NCBI GenBank assembly: GCA_040387815.1
Contig: JAZKDA010000120.1
Coordinates: forward strand, 21,041 to 85,040
DNA length: 64,000 nt
DNA from: Pseudomonadota bacterium
Lineage (GTDB): Bacteria > Pseudomonadota > Gammaproteobacteria > Burkholderiales > Burkholderiaceae_C
Direction of reading: 5' to 3'
Within the stretch, counting starts at the first letter, position 1; every line of letters begins with the position of its first letter. Below are positions 56,364-64,000 of this stretch, piece after piece. The position numbers and the translations under genes were made by a program. The notes beneath the pieces were generated by a model. That model made no database searches and had not been told where the DNA came from. It saw only the letters and a list, made by a program, of their open reading frames with translations.

Positions 56364-56427
56364 GAGACTTAAATTCGCCAGAGTATCGTATCCCTGTGTA
56401 CTAATAGCAGCGGTGTTTTCCCGGATG
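56364..56427 (-). repeat. Triplicated promoter element, copy 3 (operator 56388-56401)
   Basis: Same blocks; homology to copy 1 extends to 56314, into remnant CoA-ligase codons. Confidence 0.85.
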
Positions 56428-56430
56428 ACG

Positions 56431-56970
56431 CTAAATGTCCGGCGCCTGGGCCAACACGGCCTCCAGTGAGGGCAGGCTCTCTGGCCGTCCCTCGAAGCCA
56501 AAGGACTTGAACCACACGCGATGCAGTTCCAGATGCTCGCGCGCATGCGCAAGAACCAGTGTGTCCAGCGCGTTGCGGTCGCTTTCATCGCAGGCATTGG
56601 CCTCGGCCTGAACTTCGCTGATGCACTGGCCGAGTTCGCCGTGCATGCGCTCCCAGACGGTGGCCGGGGCGCCAGTGTCGCCTAGCTGCCGCTGCGCGGC
56701 CTGCGCAGCGGCGATCAGCCGGGCACTGCCGTCCGGCAGCACGGTGGCCAGCAGCTTGCCCGCCTCCTGCGCCAGACGCGCCTGCAGATGCAGGTTGGTC
56801 CACGCGAGCTTGCGTTCATGGGAACGATGCTGCACATGAAACTCAAGGTACATGGATACCAGCCGCAGTTGTTCGACCGCGAGCGGATTGCTGCGGTCGA
56901 CCGACGGTGCCACCACCTGGTTGAGCGCCTTGATGGCCGCATGCAGGGCGTTTTCGTTGTGATCAGCCAT
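56431..56970 (-). CDS. Small helical hypothetical protein, probable kinase partner
   Basis: 179-aa ORF with RBS AAGGA, directly after the APH kinase. Confidence 0.75.
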   Translation of the reverse strand: MADHNENALHAAIKALNQVVAPSVDRSNPLAVEQLRLVSMYLEFHVQHRSHERKLAWTNLHLQARLAQEAGKLLATVLPDGSARLIAAAQAAQRQLGDTGAPATVWERMHGELGQCISEVQAEANACDESDRNALDTLVLAHAREHLELHRVWFKSFGFEGRPESLPSLEAVLAQAPDI

Positions 56971-56981
56971 GGCGAGTCCTT

Positions 56982-58211
56982 TCAGGATGTGAGGGTCGCG
57001 ACCAGCGTCTGGCGCAACTCCTCGAGCAGCACATAGGACGCGGCCTCGATCCGCGACAACAGGATGTCCTGGTGCGAGCGCCGCAGGCGCACCACCCGGT
57101 AGCCGGTGCCCAGCACGGTGGCCGCCTGTTGGAACCGGCACAAGACCGTGTAGAACTGAAGCCGCTTGGGATCGACCTTCAGGCCGCAAGCCCGCTCGTA
57201 CTCGCCCAGAAACTCGGCCATCGGCAGCAGCCCGCAGACCAACATGTCCTTGCCGGTCTCGTCGTAGTGCCCGATGGCCTCGGAGGTGGCCCAAGCCAGG
57301 TCGCGATGGCGGTCGCCGATGGTGCAGCGCTCCCAGTCGAGCACGGCGGAAATTTCGCCCGACGCCTCGTTGAACAGGAAGTTGCCGCTGCGGTAGTCGC
57401 CGTGGATCAGGCTGGCGTGATCCAGCACGGGTAGGTTGCGGTTGAGCCAGTGACGCGCCACTTCCATCAAAGGCATGGGACTTTCGCGATCTTCCTCCCA
57501 GCAGCGCAGCGCCCGGTTCACCTGCCAGACCGCCGCCTCGGTGGTGCCCAGGCTCGGCAGGTCAAAGCTGCTCAGGTCCGCACTGCTTGGATCGAAGGTG
57601 TGGATGGCTGCCAATTGCCGGACGAACTGCAGCCCGAGCTTGCGGCGCAACGTGGGGCCGAAGTTGATGCCCATGCCCGTCACGCGCGTGTTGCTGAACT
57701 GGGTGGGCTTGGCCACGCCCGAGCTGAAGGTGTAGATCAGTGCGGGCTCGGGGAACCAGTCGCCATCACGGTCGACCCAGTACATCCTGGGCACCGGCAA
57801 AACGTCCTTGAGGGCTGTGATGATCTGCGCCTCACGCAGGCGGCTGGACGGATTGAGCGACTCCGCCGGCTCCATCCGCAGTACCAGCACGTGATTCAAG
57901 AGACCATGCAGCGGCTGCTCCGTACGCAGGGTAAAGCGCATCTGAAGCTTGGAACCACCGCCGCCGAGCCACGCCGGATCCAGCACTTCGTAGCCGCCCA
58001 CGATCTTCGCGCGCAACAGCTTGTGCAGATAGCCCACCAGATCGTCCAGGCTCGGCGCCTTGAACGGGCCTTGTGCGCGGCGGTCCGTGCGCCGCGTGAA
58101 AGCCCAGTCGATCTCGCGCTCGGTCGGATAACGCTCGCGCACGGCCTGGACAAAGGCGGCGTCGGGTCGGTCGCGATCGACCATTGGCAAAGGGGACGAT
58201 ATGGCACTCAT
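56982..58211 (-). CDS. APH-family phosphotransferase
   Basis: GGGSK, VLRMEP, IHGDYRSGNFLF, VLDWE, GDRHRDLAW. Confidence 0.9.
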   Translation of the reverse strand: MSAISSPLPMVDRDRPDAAFVQAVRERYPTEREIDWAFTRRTDRRAQGPFKAPSLDDLVGYLHKLLRAKIVGGYEVLDPAWLGGGGSKLQMRFTLRTEQPLHGLLNHVLVLRMEPAESLNPSSRLREAQIITALKDVLPVPRMYWVDRDGDWFPEPALIYTFSSGVAKPTQFSNTRVTGMGINFGPTLRRKLGLQFVRQLAAIHTFDPSSADLSSFDLPSLGTTEAAVWQVNRALRCWEEDRESPMPLMEVARHWLNRNLPVLDHASLIHGDYRSGNFLFNEASGEISAVLDWERCTIGDRHRDLAWATSEAIGHYDETGKDMLVCGLLPMAEFLGEYERACGLKVDPKRLQFYTVLCRFQQAATVLGTGYRVVRLRRSHQDILLSRIEAASYVLLEELRQTLVATLTS

Positions 58212-58230
58212 GGTGCTTTCCTTTATGCCA

Positions 58231-59238
58231 TCAACCCGTGAACACCAACCCGGACGGCTCGGTCCAGCGACGGCCACGCCGCTTGGAAAGGGCGGGCAGG
58301 CCGATGGTCTCCATCACACAGCCATGGCCCACCCGCCCCGCGTGCAGCCATTTCATCATGCTGGTGTAGGTGACCGTGGCGACATAGGCATTCCAGGGTG
58401 CGCCGACCAGCGAATAGGCCTCGAAGTCGAACACCTTGTCGCGCACGTCTGTCAGTTGCATCTCCAGCGCAGTGACCACATTGCCCAGGCGTGTGCTCTT
58501 GAGGGTGCCGTCCTTGACGCCGTAGACTTTGCCGTCCTCCAGGATGTAGGCATGGGCCAGCTTGTGCTCGCTGCCATTGGGCGCATCCAGGTCCAGGTGG
58601 CTGATGGCATGCAGGGCCAGACCCTCGCCGAACGAGGCTGAGATGGAGTTTTGCGCATTCATCACGATCGGGTTGCGGTGGCCCCAGCTGTGGTCCATCC
58701 GCTCGACACAATCGACTTCAAAGGTCTTGCCGCGAATCTTGACCGTTCCGCGAACGCGGCCAGTCTGGTCGAAGTGGCCGCCCCAGGCCTCGCCCAGGCC
58801 GGAGTTGGCATGTTGCTCCTTGACCGTCTTGCCCGCGCGCGGGCTGTGGCTGGGGTCATGGATGTTGAACGGGTCCATCAGCCCGATCCAGTCGACATGG
58901 ATCTCGGTGTCGTCGTAGCCGACGTAGTCGATGCGGTAGTCGCGCGGCGCGTTGACCGCCTGGATCGACAGACCCATGGGCGAGCGGATGTCTGAGAAAC
59001 GCTCTGGTGCCGGCAAGTGCGGCTCCACGTGGAAGTACACCAGGTCGCCGCGTGTCGGCGACAAGGAGCCGTACACCGTGACATCGTTGCTCATCACGCC
59101 CAGGCCTGGGCGGATGACCACGTACACCGTGATCATCAACTGTTCCTCGGGAATGATGATGGGGAAAAAATAGGTTTCAGCCCAGGTGTGCCCCGGGTTG
59201 GGCGGAGTGTGAAATTCGAGGTCTTTGGCGGTGATCAT
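58231..59238 (-). CDS. Conserved hypothetical protein (same broad family as 47468-48583)
   Basis: WAETYFF, HFDQTGRVRG, RMDHSWG motifs. Confidence 0.82.
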   Translation of the reverse strand: MITAKDLEFHTPPNPGHTWAETYFFPIIIPEEQLMITVYVVIRPGLGVMSNDVTVYGSLSPTRGDLVYFHVEPHLPAPERFSDIRSPMGLSIQAVNAPRDYRIDYVGYDDTEIHVDWIGLMDPFNIHDPSHSPRAGKTVKEQHANSGLGEAWGGHFDQTGRVRGTVKIRGKTFEVDCVERMDHSWGHRNPIVMNAQNSISASFGEGLALHAISHLDLDAPNGSEHKLAHAYILEDGKVYGVKDGTLKSTRLGNVVTALEMQLTDVRDKVFDFEAYSLVGAPWNAYVATVTYTSMMKWLHAGRVGHGCVMETIGLPALSKRRGRRWTEPSGLVFTG

Positions 59239-59326
59239 TGGCGTCTCGGGTGTGTCTGCGGCATGGCGCGGCCCGCCTGGGCCGGCACGCGTTGCCGAAA
59301 AAAGGGAAAGAGTCGAGTGGAAAAGC

Positions 59327-60343
59327 TCAGCGCGCGCGGGCGCGGCGCAGGTCGTCTTCCAGCGCCGCCTTCATGTCGGCGCCCAGTGGTGCCCACTGCG
59401 CTTCGGTCACCGATGCCGTCGCCTGGCGCATGCGCTGGATCTCGGCTTCGCTGACAACGTTGACCACCATGCCCTTTTCCTTGAGGCGATTGGTCGCCTG
59501 TTCCACCTGCTGGCGGTTGACCTTGCGTTGCTCGATCGCCGAGGTCTTGGCACAGTCACGCAACGTCGCCTGGTCGGCCGCAGGCAATGTGTCGAAAGTA
59601 CGCTTGGAGAACATGACGGCCACCGGGTTGTACAGGTGACGTGTGATGCTCAGGTACTTTTGCACCTCGTAGAACTTGACCGACTCGATCAGGTTGGTCG
59701 GGTTTTCCTGGCCATCCACCGTCTTGGTCTCTAGCGCGGAATACAGCTCCGGAAACGGCATTGGAATGGCGAACCCGCCCAGCGCCTTGAAGGTGGCCAG
59801 CATCACTGGCGTGGGAAGCGCACGCATCTTCAGACCCTGGAGGTCTTCCATCCGGTTGATGGGGCGGCGCGAGTTCGTCATGTTGCGAAACCCGTTCTCC
59901 CAATAGGACAGCGTGACGATGCCCGCGGGCTCCAGCTTCTGAGCCAGCAGCGCTCCGGCCTTACCGTCGAGCGCGGCGTCCGCTTCCTGTTCGTTCGCGA
60001 ACAGGAAAGGCAGGTCGAAGACGCCAGCCTGCGGGACGATGGTGGCCATGTATGAGGTGGCGGTGACCACCATGTCGACCGAGCCGGTTCGCACTTGTTG
60101 CACAACGGCCTGGTCGTTGCCGAGCGCGCCGTCGAAGAAGTTTTGCATCTTGAGCTTGCCGCCGGACTTCTGAGCGACGCACTGCGCCATGTGATTCAGG
60201 CCGATGCCCAGCGAATGATCCTTGGACAGCACGAGCGAAGCCCTGATCGTGCGCTCCTGCGCGGCCGCGGGACCCGCGGCCCACAGGGCAAACGTGCCGG
60301 CCACGACGGCAGCGGCGCAAGCCAATTTTCGGGATGTAAACAT
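59327..60343 (-). CDS. dctP: TRAP transporter solute-binding subunit, copy 2
   Basis: Near-identical to copy 1; RBS AGGAG before ATG 60343. Confidence 0.95.
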   Translation of the reverse strand: MFTSRKLACAAAVVAGTFALWAAGPAAAQERTIRASLVLSKDHSLGIGLNHMAQCVAQKSGGKLKMQNFFDGALGNDQAVVQQVRTGSVDMVVTATSYMATIVPQAGVFDLPFLFANEQEADAALDGKAGALLAQKLEPAGIVTLSYWENGFRNMTNSRRPINRMEDLQGLKMRALPTPVMLATFKALGGFAIPMPFPELYSALETKTVDGQENPTNLIESVKFYEVQKYLSITRHLYNPVAVMFSKRTFDTLPAADQATLRDCAKTSAIEQRKVNRQQVEQATNRLKEKGMVVNVVSEAEIQRMRQATASVTEAQWAPLGADMKAALEDDLRRARAR

Positions 60344-60498
60344 GATGACTGTCTCCTGGTTGTGAACTGTGAATGCGAGAACTGAATTGAGACGGGAAGG
60401 GCGCAGGCGGCGGCGCTGCGGCGATCCGCGCGAGCGAGAAGTACCAACGCCGCATCCACCGGCTGGCAAGGCCGCAGGTGGTATCGGACCTTCGGCGG

Positions 60499-62073
60499 TC
60501 AGCCGATCACACGCTCGTGCCCTTGCCAGAACTTGTCACGCAGCACGCGCTTGAGGATCTTCCCCGTCGGGTTGATGGGCAGGGCGGTTTCGAAGACCAC
60601 CTGTTTGGGCACCTTGTAGCCGCCGATCAGCGTCCGGCAATGCGCGATCAGGTCATCCTCGGTGAAGGTCGCGTCCGCCTTCTTGACCACCACCGCTGTC
60701 ACCCGCTCGCCCCAACGGGGGTCCGGCGCGGACACCACTGCGCAAGACGCCACCCCAGGGAACTTCATGATCGCTTGCTCCACTTCGGCGGAGTACACGT
60801 TCTCGCCGCCCGTGACGATCATGTCCTTCACGCGATCGACGATGTAGTAAAGACCGTCCTTGGGATCACGGTAGCCGGCGTCGCCGGTGCGATACCAGCC
60901 GCCGGACAGGACAGATTTGGTCTGTTCCGGCTGGTTGCGATAGGCGGTGAACAGGGCCGGCGACCGCACCAGGATCTCGCCGTTCTCGCCGTCGGGCAGC
61001 TCATTGCCCTTCTCGTCCACGATCTTGAAATCGATCAAGGGCAAAGGCGTCCCGCAGGACTTGAGCTTGGTTTCGTCCTGCAGGTCGTGTTGCTCGGGCC
61101 GCAGGATGCTCATCGCGCCGCCGCTTTCGGTGGCGCCGTAGAACTGCATGAACTGCGACGGAATCTCCCGCATCGCGCGCTTGAGCAGCGTCGCGTTGAT
61201 GGGCGAGCCGGCATACATGATCAGGCGCAGCGAGCGCAGATCGGCCGTCTTGGCGCCCGGGTGGTCCAGCATCATCTGGATCACGATCGGCGCCAGCACC
61301 AGGATGGTCGGCTTTGTCAGCCCAACAAGCTCCAGCAGCCGGCCAGGTTCCAGCGCCGGCATCACCGACACCGTGCAGCCGTTGTACATGGCCTGCACCG
61401 GCAAGGCGATCCCCAGCAGGTGGAAGTTGGGCATCACCATCATCAGCACATCGTCGGCCTTCCACTGGAAGACAGGCTCGAAGTGCTCGCACAGGCGCAT
61501 GAGGTTGAGGGCCTTGTGCGACAGCTCCACGCCCTTGCCGCGGCCGGTGGTCCCTGAGGTGTACATCAGCCAGGCCGTCGTGCGCGCATCGGTGGGGCCC
61601 ATCGGGTCGGCCGCCGGGGCGGCGCCCATCATGGCCTCGAGACCGCCGTGCACGCTGGCACGCGGATCCAGCGGGATGCATTCGAACTTGTGAGCGGCCA
61701 GCTCCGCGACCGCGCGGATCTGCGGCTCGAGGTCATGGTCGAAGAACATCAGCACCGGCTTGGCATCGTTGACGATGTCCGCCAGTTCGGCGGCCGCCAG
61801 CCGCCAGTTGAGGGGCGCGAGCGTCGCACCGGCCTTGGCGCAGCCGTAGACCAGGTCGAAGAAGGGGATCGAGTTCTTGCCGAAGAAACCGACGACCGAG
61901 CCCTGTTTGCCGCCGCGCGCGTGCAGGGCGTTGGCCAAGCGCGAGGATGCGTCATCCAGTTCGGCGAAGGTCAGGGAGAACCCGCCTTCGACCAAGGCCT
62001 TCTTGTCGGGGGTCTGCTTGCCGTAATGCCGAACGATGTCCGCGACGTTCTCGATGTCCGCGTAGAGCCACAT
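60499..62073 (-). CDS. Long-chain fatty acid-CoA ligase
   Basis: PLNWRL, YTSGTTGRGKG, FYGATE, YRTGDAG, DRVKDMIVTGGENVY, TGKILKR. Confidence 0.95.
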   Translation of the reverse strand: MWLYADIENVADIVRHYGKQTPDKKALVEGGFSLTFAELDDASSRLANALHARGGKQGSVVGFFGKNSIPFFDLVYGCAKAGATLAPLNWRLAAAELADIVNDAKPVLMFFDHDLEPQIRAVAELAAHKFECIPLDPRASVHGGLEAMMGAAPAADPMGPTDARTTAWLMYTSGTTGRGKGVELSHKALNLMRLCEHFEPVFQWKADDVLMMVMPNFHLLGIALPVQAMYNGCTVSVMPALEPGRLLELVGLTKPTILVLAPIVIQMMLDHPGAKTADLRSLRLIMYAGSPINATLLKRAMREIPSQFMQFYGATESGGAMSILRPEQHDLQDETKLKSCGTPLPLIDFKIVDEKGNELPDGENGEILVRSPALFTAYRNQPEQTKSVLSGGWYRTGDAGYRDPKDGLYYIVDRVKDMIVTGGENVYSAEVEQAIMKFPGVASCAVVSAPDPRWGERVTAVVVKKADATFTEDDLIAHCRTLIGGYKVPKQVVFETALPINPTGKILKRVLRDKFWQGHERVIG

Positions 62074-62236
62074 GGTCTCTTGTCTCCTGGTTTTCTTGCA
62101 TTGGCCCGCTCCGATGGATGGGGCCAGCGCAGTCTAGGGACCGCTCACCCACAGGTAAATGGCTTTGACCGAAAGCTTGATATGACAAAACTGTGATGCC
62201 TCTGGGGCACACGGCGTGACGGCCTGACGGCCCGGC

Positions 62237-63166
62237 TCAGGGGCCGACGTATTGCCCGACCAGCGCCCGCGTGTTGATCAAGGATTTGACCTGGTCGCAC
62301 ATCGTCTGACACAGCCGTTGGGTGCCCAGCGACATGGCCACCCCGGCAGGGGTCGCCATCAACCGCGTGAGGGTCAGGCCATGGATGGGCACGTGCCGCA
62401 ACATCCCGGCGGCGGCCAGCCAACCCGACGCCACCGCGCAGGCCGGCATGATGGCGTGGCCCAGTCCGCTGGCCACGAACTGGGTCATCAGCGGAGCGTC
62501 TTCCGTTTCGAGCACGATGTCCGGCGAATAGCCTCGCTTCTCGAAAGCAGCGTCGAGCAGGGCGCGCATGTAGTTGGGGGGCGGCGGCATGATCAGGCGA
62601 CAGCCGGTGAGGTCGCTCAGGGTGACTCTGCGCCTGCGGATCAAGGGCGAATCCGGCGGCATGACCAGCACACAGGGCTCGACCAGCAAGGCGCGAATGA
62701 TGAGCTGGGGTTCGGACACCGGCGCGGTCAGCAGGGCCAGATCCAGCTCACGCGCCAGCAGCGCGGCGCGCAGCCGTGCACCTGTTCCCTCGGTGATGCG
62801 CAGCTTCACGCCGGGATAACGCGCGAGATAGTCCCGCACGAGCGGTGTGGTGACGGAATTGGTCATGGTGGCCGGCATGCCCAGATTGACGCTGCCCGCA
62901 GGCTCGTGCGCGGCCTCGCGAACCTCGGCCGGCAGGGCGTCGATCAGCCCAAGGATGCGCTCGCCACGCTTCTTGAATGCCTCACCGGCAGCGGTGAGCA
63001 ACACGCCTCGCGCATGGCGCTGCAGAAGCTTCACGCCCATTTCCTCCTCCAGCTCGCGCAGCTCGCGGCTGAGCATGGACTGCGACAGATTCAGACGATC
63101 AGCCGCTCGGGACAGACTGCCCGACTGCACGATTTTGAGGAAATGGTCCAGGTGCCTGGGATTCAC
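62237..63166 (-). CDS. LysR family transcriptional regulator
   Basis: GSLSRAADRLNLSQSMLSRELRELEEEMG..LLQRHARGVLLT HTH; GTG start at 63166. Confidence 0.93.
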   Translation of the reverse strand: MNPRHLDHFLKIVQSGSLSRAADRLNLSQSMLSRELRELEEEMGVKLLQRHARGVLLTAAGEAFKKRGERILGLIDALPAEVREAAHEPAGSVNLGMPATMTNSVTTPLVRDYLARYPGVKLRITEGTGARLRAALLARELDLALLTAPVSEPQLIIRALLVEPCVLVMPPDSPLIRRRRVTLSDLTGCRLIMPPPPNYMRALLDAAFEKRGYSPDIVLETEDAPLMTQFVASGLGHAIMPACAVASGWLAAAGMLRHVPIHGLTLTRLMATPAGVAMSLGTQRLCQTMCDQVKSLINTRALVGQYVGP

Positions 63167-63203
63167 CGCTGCCCTCCCCTGGCGCGTTGGCCGGCCGCAG
63201 AGC

Positions 63204-63665
63204 TCAGTCGTCGCTGAGCTTGCGCTTGCGTTCGCGCTCGGCGTCCTCTTCCACCTTGGCGTACACCCGTCCGCAGGCGGGGCAAGCCAAGTCGGGTGAC
63301 GGCACGAGATAGGCGTAATGGCCGCACTTGAGGCACTTGTAGCCCTTTTCGGGCCGCATCTCGATGCCGGCGGCCAGCAGGTGCAGCGGCGTCTCGGCGG
63401 GCTCCGCCAGGTCGGCAGCCGCGGAGTCCTGAAAGCCGGACATCTTCTGCTCCATGCGCGCCAGACGCTCGGCGATGCGCGCTTCTTCGAGATCTTCAGC
63501 GTCCGGCTCGGCCGGCGCGGGATAGACCGTGCCGCAGAACTTGCACTTGCGCTGGCCCGCACTGGTTTCCACGGGCTTGCTCGAGAACAGCCGTTTGAAG
63601 AAAGAGGATCCTCCCTCCGCTGGGGCGGGGATCCATTCGTTGCTGTGGCAGGTAGGACAGGACAT
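63204..63665 (-). CDS. Hypothetical zinc-ribbon protein (four CxxC)
   Basis: CPTC, CKFC, CLKC, CPAC; RBS GAGAAGG. Confidence 0.7.
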   Translation of the reverse strand: MSCPTCHSNEWIPAPAEGGSSFFKRLFSSKPVETSAGQRKCKFCGTVYPAPAEPDAEDLEEARIAERLARMEQKMSGFQDSAAADLAEPAETPLHLLAAGIEMRPEKGYKCLKCGHYAYLVPSPDLACPACGRVYAKVEEDAERERKRKLSDD

Positions 63666-64000
63666 CAGGCCTTCTCGGTACTTGCCCTCGGGCTATGGGG
63701 GCGCGGCAAAGAATTGTTACATACTGACGAGTGCGGTGACCGTGATCCAGTTCACGGACATAGTCATCGCCAGCTCGGCGGCTGCTCTTTTCATGGTTTC
63801 CGGAACAGCCGAGCCTTCGCATTGTTAGTGCGGAAGGCCGGGCGTCAACTCTCTCGTGACCACAGGGTGACATCGAGTCCCGGAGTTACACGTTTCCGTG
63901 CTTTTTTGGCACTTACACCTGTTTGAGTGACCTCGTCACCATTGTGGCTGGATGTGCATTAAGTCCGAATTGGCCCAGTCGAAATTAGGGAAAACCCTTG

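Noticed and set aside
53202-56427. Three-copy repeat as CRISPR or IS ends
   Set aside because: Copies are 1-2 kb apart, degenerate, each directly upstream of a gene; no cas or transposase genes
33064-58211. APH-family genes as aminoglycoside resistance
   Set aside because: Length, motifs and acyl-CoA context fit ACAD10/LvaA-type metabolic kinases
63666-64000. Possible ncRNA or gene in the terminal AT-richer stretch
   Set aside because: No convincing ORF, tRNA or known RNA structure; most likely promoter DNA for flanking genes

Overview
High-GC window of probable Burkholderiales origin (Bug/TctC receptor, Comamonadaceae-style intergenic repeats). It is almost entirely one ~60-kb acyl-CoA catabolic island of about 62 genes. 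It holds the cyclohexanecarboxylate core (aliA x2, aliB, badH, badI), further CoA ligases (one frameshifted), acyl-CoA dehydrogenases, crotonases, SDR/MDR oxidoreductases, thioesterases, an alpha-methylacyl-CoA racemase and an orphan Rieske oxygenase. It also has two Liv-type ABC systems, a TRAP system with duplicated DctP, and three APH-fold kinases resembling LvaA/ACAD10-11 hydroxyacyl-CoA kinases, two of them with small LvaB-like partners. Main signals read from the DNA: (1) a 14-bp palindromic operator GTAC-N6-GTAC (ideal GTACACTAGTGTAC) occurs 12 times in promoter regions across ~49 kb, suggesting one regulon; (2) a ~64-bp promoter is triplicated in the TRAP region, and one copy still carries the decayed first ~14 codons of the CoA-ligase gene it came from; (3) a repeat between an ACAD and a kinase forms a chain of ATGA-coupled mini-ORFs; (4) REP-like palindromes supply a stop codon and sit in frame inside a MarR gene. 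I saw no rRNA, tRNA, CRISPR array or transposase. All product names come from motif and family recognition by eye, not from database searches.
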